Source: an uncultured archaeon
Lineage (GTDB): Archaea; Iainarchaeota; Iainarchaeia; Iainarchaeales; Iainarchaeaceae
NCBI GenBank assembly: GCA_964577555.1
Contig: CAZNZM010000004.1
Span: 55,300 to 87,299 of the forward strand
Reading direction: 5' to 3'
Length of the DNA stretch: 32,000 nucleotides
The notes under the pieces are model-generated. The model saw only the letters and a list, made by a program, of their open reading frames with translations. It ran no database searches and was not told where the DNA came from. Below, piece after piece: positions 16,991-24,690 of this stretch. Numbering within the stretch: position 1 is the first letter of the stretch; each line of letters opens with the position of its first letter. The position numbers and the translations under genes were made by a program.

Positions 16991-17794
16991 TCACTTCATA
17001 AAAACTGAAAGCAAAGAATCAAACAATTGGAAAGGAGCCAAACCAAAAGTAAAAAATGGAAATCCGGAAAGAGGAGCAGAAAACTTGCCTCTCAAAGTAG
17101 GAGCAACTTCAATTTCAGAAGAAAAAGACTGAACAACAACACCGCTTGAAACCACCGAGCCAGACAAATAAAAAACACGCTTACCATAAGCTTGAGGCGC
17201 CACAAAAATACTTGCAGAACCAGAACTCCTTGCCTTTACAACAATCTTCTTTGCGGAAAACCAATTAGAAGGAAGATTGGCTTCAACTAAAACAGAATCA
17301 TTCGCAATAGAAGAATTAACAACTTGAACACTATATTCAACAAGCTCGCCCAACTTATATTGCTTGCCTGACGAAACCCTTGCAAACGAAACTGAAACAA
17401 GATTTTGTTTTACACCAACCTTAACATTAACAACCTCATAATCAGGCTTAACCGAACTTGAAAGCTTTACAGGAATCACATAAACATCCTCTGCCGCATT
17501 AACAGGCACTTTCAAAGTGACAGAAACCGAAGTATCAGTGGCTTGAGATGAAACAAACTCCCAATTTTGAGGCAAAACAGCCCTATCAACAGAAGCTGAA
17601 TCCCATTCAAAATCAAAACCAGAATTGTCGGAAAAAACCAAATCAAAAGTTTGCCCAGGCGAAACAAAACCAACCAATACGGAATCACCAGACTTCAAAG
17701 AAACATTTTCAGGAAACAGCAAAGTTACCTCTGCAACACAAAAAGCGGAAAACCAAAACAACAAAAAAACAACAAAAAACACATTTTTTAGCAT
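16991..17794 (-). CDS. Secreted or surface hypothetical protein (signal peptide plus C-terminal hydrophobic tail)
   Basis: The start is taken at MLKNVFFVVFLLFWFSAFCVAEV, which is signal-peptide-like. The body is beta-rich (VSVTLKVPVNAAEDVYVIPVKL). The C-terminus is SGFPFFTFGLAPFQLFDSLLSVFMK. Confidence 0.5.
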   Translation of the reverse strand: MLKNVFFVVFLLFWFSAFCVAEVTLLFPENVSLKSGDSVLVGFVSPGQTFDLVFSDNSGFDFEWDSASVDRAVLPQNWEFVSSQATDTSVSVTLKVPVNAAEDVYVIPVKLSSSVKPDYEVVNVKVGVKQNLVSVSFARVSSGKQYKLGELVEYSVQVVNSSIANDSVLVEANLPSNWFSAKKIVVKARSSGSASIFVAPQAYGKRVFYLSGSVVSSGVVVQSFSSEIEVAPTLRGKFSAPLSGFPFFTFGLAPFQLFDSLLSVFMK

Positions 17795-17877
17795 AATAAC
17801 CAATTTATTAATAAAACAGAAAAATAATAAAACAATTGCTTTAAAAAAAATGACGAAACACGGCAAAGAGGCATTAA

Positions 17878-18468
17878 ATGAACGAATGGAAAAAAAGGTT
17901 CAAAATGATAAAAGAAAGACACAAAAAAACATTTGAAACAGCGCTAAAACAAGGCAAAATGGACGAACAAATGATACAACTCTGCCAATACATTTCAAAA
18001 ACAAAAAACTACTACACATCAAGTTGCTGCAGCGGAAGAATAATACTGCTAGAAAAAAAAGGAAAAAGAAAAATAGACACATTCTTTCACAGAAAATGGC
18101 ACAGAAAAATAAACATTACAGAACTATTGGAAGGGATAAAAGAAAACAAGGAAGGAGAACTATGGCTAAGACTAGACCCATTCATACTACACATAGGTTG
18201 CCCAACAATAAAAGAAGCAAAAAAAATACTTGCCGCAATGAAAAAATCAGGAGTAAAAAGAGGAGGCATCACAGTAGCAGAAAAAGGAAAATACCTAATA
18301 GAATTGCAAGGAACAAACAATTTTGCATGCATAGTGAAAAAAAACGGAAAACAACTAATCCCAAAAAAATACTTCGAATACATTCTCGAAAAACTCAACA
18401 CGATGATTACAGAAAACTATCAAAGACTTGAAAAACTTGAAACAGAATTCAAAAAAACACTGGAGTGA
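17878..18468 (+). CDS. taw3: tRNA wybutosine-pathway methyltransferase Taw3/TYW3 family
   Basis: The TYW3 signature YYTSSCCSGRIILL is present (the family motif is TSSCSGRI), and the size is about 190 aa. Confidence 0.7.
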   Translation: MNEWKKRFKMIKERHKKTFETALKQGKMDEQMIQLCQYISKTKNYYTSSCCSGRIILLEKKGKRKIDTFFHRKWHRKINITELLEGIKENKEGELWLRLDPFILHIGCPTIKEAKKILAAMKKSGVKRGGITVAEKGKYLIELQGTNNFACIVKKNGKQLIPKKYFEYILEKLNTMITENYQRLEKLETEFKKTLE

Positions 18469-18475
18469 AAAAAAC

Positions 18476-19006
18476 TTGAGAATATTTATAGCAATCAAAA
18501 TACCAGAAGAAATAAAAACAAAAATAGAAAAAAATTTCAGCAAAAAATTAGACAAAGAAAAATTCAAAATAGTAAAAAAAGAAAACCTGCACATAACACT
18601 ATTATTTTTAGGAGAAAAAAACAAAGAAGAAACAAATACAATAATTCAAAAAATACAAACAATTGATCATTCCGAATTTGAAATAAAATTATCACAAACA
18701 GAAAGCTTTGGAAAAAATACTATTTGGATAAAAATAAAAAAAGGAGAAAAAGAACTCAAAGAAATATACAAAAAAATTTCAGAAGTTTTAGGAATAAAAA
18801 CAGAAAAATTTTCACCTCACGTTACAATAGCAAGAAACAAAAAAGCAACATACGAAGAAGTAAAAAAAATTATTCAAGAACTAAACAAACAAAAATTTGA
18901 AGAAAAATTCGCGGCCCAAGAAATTCACCTAATGGAATCAAAATTAAATCAAACGGGGCCAGAATACGCGGATTTATCATCAAAAACCCTTTCCAAAAGA
19001 GCTTGA
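18476..19006 (+). CDS. thpR: RNA 2',3'-cyclic phosphodiesterase (LigT/ThpR, 2H phosphoesterase)
   Basis: There are two H-x-T-x motifs, NLHITLLFLG and SPHVTIAR. The family-typical N-terminus RIFIAIKIP appears if TTG 18476 is the start; the track ORF begins at 18428 and would overlap taw3. The C-terminus LMESKLNQTGPEYADL is typical. Confidence 0.8.
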   Translation: MRIFIAIKIPEEIKTKIEKNFSKKLDKEKFKIVKKENLHITLLFLGEKNKEETNTIIQKIQTIDHSEFEIKLSQTESFGKNTIWIKIKKGEKELKEIYKKISEVLGIKTEKFSPHVTIARNKKATYEEVKKIIQELNKQKFEEKFAAQEIHLMESKLNQTGPEYADLSSKTLSKRA

Positions 19007-20523
19007 GAATCATAATAATACTGCTGAATCACCAATTGAACATCAGACTGTGATCTAATACCTGAACGAATCATCCACTCAATTATCTTCTTTCTAATTA
19101 AAATCTCGTTTTCAACTTCCTTCTTGCTTTTCAAAGTACGATTCGCAATCCTTTCAATTATTGAACTTGGCACACTGGTTCTTTTTATTGAATCAGTAGC
19201 CTTATCCCATTCAAAAATATTTGCAAGTAAAGGTTTTTGATCCATGGAAGTAACTTCAGAAACGGAATAAACCCTCCTGTGAACACCCACATTCTTAATA
19301 TAAATTTTGTATTGAACTAAAACCAAATTAAGAAGAGGCAAAAGAGATTCTGGCACATTCATTGGAGGAGACTTCAACCTAAGCATCAATTCCTTCGCAG
19401 AATTACTGTGAAGCGTACCAAGACAACCCCTATGCCCAGTATCCATTGCAATAAAAAGAGTCTCAGCCTCAGGACCGCGAACCTCGCCAAGAATCAACCT
19501 GTCAGGCCTCATCCTCAAAGCATTTTTCAAAAGATCATCCATTGTGACGCCTTCCTGACCTTTAATAGCAGGCCTAGTCTCCATTTGAACCCAATTATCC
19601 CTTTTGCCAAGCTGAATCTCAAGAGTATCCTCAATAGAAATTATCCTTTCCTGATACCTTATAAAATTCGCAAGAGCATTCATAGTAGTAGTCTTCCCAG
19701 AACCAGAACCGCCAGTAACAATTATATTCATTGGATCTGAATTCCAACCTTCAACCGCCAACCAAAGAAAACCAGCAACCTCTGAGGAAAAAGTGCCATT
19801 AATAACAAGATCAACTATGCTAAGAGGAGAAGAAGTAAATTTTCTTATAGTCAAACTAGGGCCTTTAGGAGTAACAAAATAATAAGTCGCATTAGCCCTA
19901 TTACCGTCAGGCAAACGAGCGTCCAAAAGAGGACTATCAGCATCAAAATTCTTGCCAACACTTCTAGCTATTTTTTGCAACAAAAAATCCAAATCCCGCC
20001 TATTCGGAAAAACAATATTAGTTTTACAATGCCCATACTTCCTATGAAAAACAAAAATATTCTTGTCATAACCATTAACCATTATCTCTTCCAAAGCCTC
20101 GTCAAGCACAAGAGGTTCAAGAACACCATAACCCAAACATTCCGAAAGACAAAGATCAGCAATAACAGAACGATTCCTTACAAAACGCAAATGTTTAGCC
20201 ATAATATCAACAAAAGTTGATTTCAAAGAAGCAAACTCCTCCTTTGGAAGCAAACCATCCCTTAATTGATTAAACGAAACAGGTTCAAGCACTTTATCCC
20301 TAAACTCATAAATAAAATCCTTGGTATAAGGCGCACCATCATAAGGCATGGCATTTTCAATACTTATTTTTCCCAACAACAAATCCGAAACAAGCGATTT
20401 AATCTTCTTCTCATCCTCAGAAAGCAAAGGATCGGAAACTTCGTAAAAATAAAAAGGAAAACCATCATATATTTTTACATTGGAATAAGACTCCAAAAGC
20501 TTTCCTTTTGTTTCCTCAAACAT
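18949..20523 (-). CDS. Type II/IV secretion family ATPase (archaeal FlaI/PilB-like pilus assembly ATPase)
   Basis: Walker A is VTGGSGSGKTTTMNAL, the Walker B/Asp box is RPDRLILGEVRGPEAETL and the His box is TGHRGCLGTLHSNSA. The start is taken at MFEETKGK; the 85 upstream codons of the track ORF are antisense to the cca 5' end. Confidence 0.88.
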   Translation of the reverse strand: MFEETKGKLLESYSNVKIYDGFPFYFYEVSDPLLSEDEKKIKSLVSDLLLGKISIENAMPYDGAPYTKDFIYEFRDKVLEPVSFNQLRDGLLPKEEFASLKSTFVDIMAKHLRFVRNRSVIADLCLSECLGYGVLEPLVLDEALEEIMVNGYDKNIFVFHRKYGHCKTNIVFPNRRDLDFLLQKIARSVGKNFDADSPLLDARLPDGNRANATYYFVTPKGPSLTIRKFTSSPLSIVDLVINGTFSSEVAGFLWLAVEGWNSDPMNIIVTGGSGSGKTTTMNALANFIRYQERIISIEDTLEIQLGKRDNWVQMETRPAIKGQEGVTMDDLLKNALRMRPDRLILGEVRGPEAETLFIAMDTGHRGCLGTLHSNSAKELMLRLKSPPMNVPESLLPLLNLVLVQYKIYIKNVGVHRRVYSVSEVTSMDQKPLLANIFEWDKATDSIKRTSVPSSIIERIANRTLKSKKEVENEILIRKKIIEWMIRSGIRSQSDVQLVIQQYYYDSQALLERVFDDKSAYSGPV

Positions 20524-20572
20524 AAAACCACCAAAAAATGTATTTATAATAATGAATTCATAATATATAAAG

Positions 20573-21973
20573 ATGAAGATTAACACAAACCAAGAAAAAA
20601 TACTAAAAAAAGTACTAAAAAAAATAACGCCCAAAAAAAAACACGAAAAAAAACAATTAGAATTTGCAAAAAAACTAATAGAAAAAATAAAAACAACAAA
20701 AGGACCGCATTTGGATGCAGAACTCGTTGGCTCGGTGGCAAGAGGAACACACTTGTCAGGCGACAACGACCTTGACATATTCGTATTCTACCCCCCTGAA
20801 ATTCCAAGAGAAAAATTCGAAAACCACGGAATTGCTCTAGGAAAACAAATATTCAAAGGACACAAATGGGAATTAGCATATTCAGAACACCCATATGTAA
20901 GAGGAACAATATCCGGACACAAAGTTGAAATAATCCCGACATATAAAATTAGAGACACGTCACTAATGAAAAGCGCAGTTGACAGAAGCCCATTCCACAA
21001 CAATTATTTAAAAGAAAAACTCACGCCACAACTATGCAACGAAATAAGGTTACTCAAACAATTCATGAAAGGAATAAAATGCTACGGGGCTGACCTAAGC
21101 ATGAACAGCTTCCCAGGATACGTTGCAGAACTGCTAATAATAAAATACGGCAGTTTTATTGATACGTTAAAAGCAGCATCAAATTGGAAAAAAAACCAAG
21201 TAATAGACATAGAAAATTCATATATGGAAGAAGAAGCCATAAAAAAATTCGGCAACCACCACTTCATAATAATAGATCCAGTTGATATTAATAGAAACGT
21301 CGCAGCGGCACTATCAGAACAACAATATGCAAGATTCATAAGCGCAAGCAGAAAATTCCTTGAAAAACCATCACACAAATTCTTTTTCCAAAACAAACAC
21401 AAACCATTAAGCAAAAAAAAACTACAGAAATACTTAGACAAAACAGAAATAGTCGCAATAAAATTCAAATACCCAAAAAAAGTAATAGAAGACCAAATGT
21501 GGGGACAACTTAAAAAACTGGCAAAAAAAATAACAACAATGGCAAAAGAACAAGAATTCAACATAAAAAGACAAGGAGAATGGCTAAAAAAAGACGACAT
21601 AATGATAATAGTACTAGAACTAGAATCAAAAAAACTGCAAAAAGCAAGAATACAAACAGGGCCAGAAGTATTTGACGCAGAAAACTCAAAAGCTTTCCTA
21701 GAAGCACACAAAAAACCATTTTCAGGACCAAGAATAGAAAACACAAGATGGATAGTTGAAACAGAAAGAAAATACACAAATATAGAAGATTACATAACCA
21801 AACTACTCAAAAAATTTAAAAAAGAAGAAAAAGAAGACCTGCGCAAAGCAATAAAACAAGGAACAAAAATCTTGAACGAAAAAGAAATAAAAAAACTGTA
21901 CGAGACCAACAATGAATTCAGCAAATTTTTTACAACATTTCTAAAGGGAAAAGAAGAATTTTTAGAATACTAA
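20573..21973 (+). CDS. cca: Archaeal class I CCA-adding enzyme (tRNA nucleotidyltransferase)
   Basis: Motifs are LVGSVARGTHLSGDNDLDIFVFYP, SEHPYVRG, EIIPTYK and VDRSPFHNNYL. The length is 466 aa. Confidence 0.9.
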   Translation: MKINTNQEKILKKVLKKITPKKKHEKKQLEFAKKLIEKIKTTKGPHLDAELVGSVARGTHLSGDNDLDIFVFYPPEIPREKFENHGIALGKQIFKGHKWELAYSEHPYVRGTISGHKVEIIPTYKIRDTSLMKSAVDRSPFHNNYLKEKLTPQLCNEIRLLKQFMKGIKCYGADLSMNSFPGYVAELLIIKYGSFIDTLKAASNWKKNQVIDIENSYMEEEAIKKFGNHHFIIIDPVDINRNVAAALSEQQYARFISASRKFLEKPSHKFFFQNKHKPLSKKKLQKYLDKTEIVAIKFKYPKKVIEDQMWGQLKKLAKKITTMAKEQEFNIKRQGEWLKKDDIMIIVLELESKKLQKARIQTGPEVFDAENSKAFLEAHKKPFSGPRIENTRWIVETERKYTNIEDYITKLLKKFKKEEKEDLRKAIKQGTKILNEKEIKKLYETNNEFSKFFTTFLKGKEEFLEY

Positions 21974-22259
21974 AAAATAAAAAAAACAAATAAAAAAATT
22001 GGCTCACAAAAAAAACAAAATTCAATTAAAAAAAAAATAAAAAAAACAACTTGACAAAAAAAATAATTAGCAAAAAAAAGAATTCAAAAAAAAAGAAAAA
22101 TGACAAAAAAACTTGGCTCACAAAAAACAAACAACAAAAAAAATAATTAAATTTTTTAAAAAATAAAAAAAACTATCACAAAAAATCAAAAACTAACAAA
22201 ACAAACAATTAAAAACAACAACCTTAAAAAGAAATCAAATATAAAAATAAATCAAGGGG
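21974..22259 (+). repeat. Poly-A-dominated intergenic island with two exact anchor-motif copies
   Basis: TTGGCTCAC is at 21999-22007 and 22113-22121. The second copy is preceded by aaaatgacaaaaaaac and followed by aaaaaacaaacaacaaaaaaaataatt. Confidence 0.65.
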
Positions 22260-22271
22260 GTGCAAAGACAA

Positions 22272-22835
22272 ATGGAAATACTAACCTTAATCACAATAAT
22301 AATAATCGCAATAATCGCCATTGCCGCAATTTGGCTTGTACTGACATACAACAGCCTCATCTACCTAAAAAACCAAGCGGAAAACTCGTGGAGCCAAATA
22401 GACGTACAACTCAAAAGAAGATACGACCTAGTACCAAATCTGATAGAAACAGTCAAAGCATATGCAAAACACGAAAAAGAAACATTCACACAAGTAATAG
22501 AAGCAAGAAATAAAATAACTGCTGCAAAAACTACAAAAGAGAGAGCCGAAGCCGAAAACATTCTAACAGGCGCATTAAAATCAATATTTGCACTGGCAGA
22601 AGATTATCCAAAACTCCAAGCAAACCAAAACTTTCTAATGCTCCAAGAAGAATTATCAGGAATAGAATCAAAAATTGCATTTGCAAGACAATTTTACAAC
22701 GATACGATAATGAGCTACAACAATGCAATACAACAATTCCCCACAACACTAATAGCTGAAATGCTCGGGTTCAAAAAAAGAGAATACTTTGAAATAGAAA
22801 CAGAAGCAAAAGCACCAATAAAAATAAAATTCTAA
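22272..22835 (+). CDS. lemA: LemA family protein
   Basis: The LemA core YNSLIYLKNQAENSWSQIDVQLKRRYDLVPNLIETVKAYAKHEKETF follows one TM helix. AGGGGGTG lies about 10 nt upstream of ATG 22272; the track starts at GTG 22260. Confidence 0.9.
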   Translation: MEILTLITIIIIAIIAIAAIWLVLTYNSLIYLKNQAENSWSQIDVQLKRRYDLVPNLIETVKAYAKHEKETFTQVIEARNKITAAKTTKERAEAENILTGALKSIFALAEDYPKLQANQNFLMLQEELSGIESKIAFARQFYNDTIMSYNNAIQQFPTTLIAEMLGFKKREYFEIETEAKAPIKIKF

Positions 22836-22864
22836 AAAATAAAAAAACTACCAAAGTGGTCAAA

Positions 22865-23758
22865 ATGTGGAACAAAATAGCGGAGAACAAAAGAAACACA
22901 TGGCTACTAATAATAGGATTCTCCGCATTCATCTTTTTACTAGCATGGATATTCGGAGAAATATATGGCTCAGGACTATTCGGCATAATCATAGGAGCAA
23001 TATTCCTCAGCATTTATACAATAATAAACTATTTCTATGGCGCTAACATAATACTAATGATAAGCAACGCAAAAGAAGTAAAAAAAGAAGAATACCCTTA
23101 TCTATTCAATATAATAGAAGGGCTTTCAATTGCAGCAGGAATACCAAAACCAAAAGCATACATTATTGAAGACACAGCACTCAACGCATTCGCAACAGGC
23201 AGAGACCCAAAACACGGAATAGTAGTAGTTACAACAGGAATACTAAAAAAACTCAACAGACAAGAATTGGAAGGGGTCATTGCACACGAAATAAGCCACA
23301 TAAAAAACTACGACATAAGACTAATGCTATTCGTGTCAGTATTTGTAGGCATAACAGCATTACTCAGCGACTTGCTACTCAGATCAGTAATTTGGGGAAA
23401 AGAAAGAAGAGAAATTGGAAAAGCGGAAATCATATTAATTATAGTCGCAATACTTTTGGCAATAATATCACCAATAATAGCAACAATAATCAAGCTTGCA
23501 ATTTCAAGAGAACGCGAATTTTTGGCAGACGCTTCAGGAGCATTGCTAACAAGAAACCCAGAAGGCTTAGCATCAGCACTTGAAAAAATAAGCCAAGACA
23601 AAGAAGTGCTTGAAGCAGCAAACAGCGCAACAGCACACCTCTACATAGACAACCCATTAAAAAACAGAAAAAGCGCAATAGGCTTCCTTGACAAAATGTT
23701 CCTCACACACCCGCCAATAGAAGAAAGAATAGCAAGACTAAGAAACATAACACAATAA
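22865..23758 (+). CDS. htpX: M48 family zinc metalloprotease HtpX homolog
   Basis: The HExxH motif is VIAHEISHIKNYD. Other matches are NAFATGRDPKHGIVVVTTG, REREFLADASGALLT and LTHPPIEERI, with four TM segments. ATG 22865 is preferred over GTG 22856. Confidence 0.9.
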   Translation: MWNKIAENKRNTWLLIIGFSAFIFLLAWIFGEIYGSGLFGIIIGAIFLSIYTIINYFYGANIILMISNAKEVKKEEYPYLFNIIEGLSIAAGIPKPKAYIIEDTALNAFATGRDPKHGIVVVTTGILKKLNRQELEGVIAHEISHIKNYDIRLMLFVSVFVGITALLSDLLLRSVIWGKERREIGKAEIILIIVAILLAIISPIIATIIKLAISREREFLADASGALLTRNPEGLASALEKISQDKEVLEAANSATAHLYIDNPLKNRKSAIGFLDKMFLTHPPIEERIARLRNITQ

Positions 23759-23973
23759 AAAAAAGAATTTAAAATCCAAAAAAATATTTCATTAAAAAAA
23801 AGACAAACAAACAATTTGAAATTTCAAAAAAACTTGGCAAAAAAAACACCCGCCAAAAAAAATACAAAAAAAGAATTTAATTAAAAAAAATAATTCGAAT
23901 TGGCTTGCAAAACAAACAACAAAAAAACATGCCTCAAAAAAAAGATGAAAAAAAACAAATTAAAACTAAAAAG
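23759..23973 (+). repeat. Poly-A-dominated intergenic island flanking tRNA-Arg (3' side of the tRNA)
   Basis: TTGGCA is at 23834-23839 and TTGGCTTGC at 23900-23908, followed by aaaacaaacaacaaaaaaa. A cacccgccaaaaaaaa sub-motif is also seen at 1002-1016. Confidence 0.6.
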
Positions 23974-24048
23974 CGGACCCGAGGGGATTCGAACCCCCGA
24001 CCTTACGCTCCGAAGGCGTCTGCTCTATCCTGGCTGAGCTACGGGCCC
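23974..24048 (-). tRNA. tRNA-Arg (anticodon TCG), no encoded CCA
   Basis: The reverse complement GGGCCCGTAGCTCAGCCAGGATAGAGCAGACGCCTTCGGAGCGTAAGGTCGGGGGTTCGAATCCCCTCGGGTCCG folds as a cloverleaf. The acceptor is GGGCCCG/CGGGTCC, the D stem GCTC/GAGC, the anticodon loop CTTCGGA and the T arm GGGGG-TTCGAAT-CCCCT. Confidence 0.85.
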
Positions 24049-24207
24049 AAAAAAATCAAAACAAACAAAAATAAAAGTAAAAACACTTTAAAAAACGAAA
24101 AAACAAAGAAAAACATGAAACTTGGCTCAAAAAAAGACAAAAAAAGCCAGTTATCAACCTTTTTAAAACTTGCCAAACAATGAATAGTAAAAAAAAGGTG
24201 TCAATTA
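24049..24207 (+). repeat. Poly-A-dominated island on the 5' side of tRNA-Arg
   Basis: TTGGCTCAA is at 24122-24130, followed by an A-run. The Lys-rich ORF 23905-24183 spans this island and is antisense to the tRNA. Confidence 0.5.
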
Positions 24208-24360
24208 ATGAAAACATGCATTACAACAAACAAAATATTGACAGACGACTTTATAGAATTCAAATGCCCTGAATGCGGCACTAAAATAGCAAGAAGCATT
24301 TTGGCAAGAAAAAAAAGCTTAGAATATACTTGCAAAGAATGCGGATTCAAAGGACCATAG
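24208..24360 (+). CDS. Small Zn-ribbon protein (COG2888/DUF1610-like, translation-associated)
   Basis: Hand translation gives MKTCITTNKILTDDFIEFKCPECGTKIARSILARKKSLEYTCKECGFKGP, with TAG at 24358-24360. AGGTG lies 8 nt upstream. It sits immediately upstream of EF-1beta, the recalled conserved neighbourhood. Confidence 0.6.
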   Translation: MKTCITTNKILTDDFIEFKCPECGTKIARSILARKKSLEYTCKECGFKGP

Positions 24361-24371
24361 AAGGACTCGCC

Positions 24372-24635
24372 ATGCCAAGCAAAACAATGCTAATCATAAG
24401 AGTAAAACCAGAAGAAATGGAAAAAATAGACAAAATAATAGAATCAATAAAAAAAATAAAAACTGGAGAAGTAAGAGAAGTCAGAAAAGAGCCAATAGGA
24501 TTCGGAATAGAACTTATAAAAGCAGGAATACTAGTGCCATCAGAAGACGAAACAATGCCAGAAAAAGTCATAAAAGAAATAACAAAAATCAAAGGCGTTG
24601 AAGAAGCAGAAGTAGAAGGAATGACCCTTTTATAA
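24372..24635 (+). CDS. ef1b: Translation elongation factor aEF-1 beta
   Basis: The internal Met of ORF 24330-24635 gives an 87-aa protein. It contains IIRVKPEEMEKIDKI...EVRKEPIGFGIELIKAGILVPSEDE...ITKIKGVEEAEVEGMTLL, which matches the archaeal EF-1beta pattern (EEPIAFGL...I.GV...EV). Confidence 0.8.
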   Translation: MPSKTMLIIRVKPEEMEKIDKIIESIKKIKTGEVREVRKEPIGFGIELIKAGILVPSEDETMPEKVIKEITKIKGVEEAEVEGMTLL

Positions 24636-24655
24636 ATCACAAAAAAAACAGACAC

Positions 24656-24667
24656 TTAAAATTATAA
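24656..24667 (+). promoter_or_regulatory. TATA-like box upstream of rad50
   Basis: ttaaaattataa is centred about 29 nt upstream of ATG 24691. Confidence 0.35.
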
Positions 24668-24690
24668 CACCTTATTCAAAGCAATAATTT

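Noticed and set aside
20524-20778. N-terminal extensions of track ORFs: 85 codons on the ATPase, 18 on ABCE1, 14 on the AsnB-like gene, 21 on rpoK, 24 on ORF 16991, and upstream parts of 2771, 7190 and 24330.
   Set aside because: The family-typical N-termini begin at internal Met codons (MFEETKG, MVRVAVLE, MCSVVGVF, MARLTRFE and others). The extensions overlap neighbouring genes or promoters and are low-complexity.
23759-24207. tRNA-Arg as an integration hotspot for a mobile element or genomic island.
   Set aside because: No integrase or recombinase gene is present, and no duplicated tRNA 3' segment (att-like repeat) is visible elsewhere in the window. The flanking genes are housekeeping (htpX, EF-1beta).
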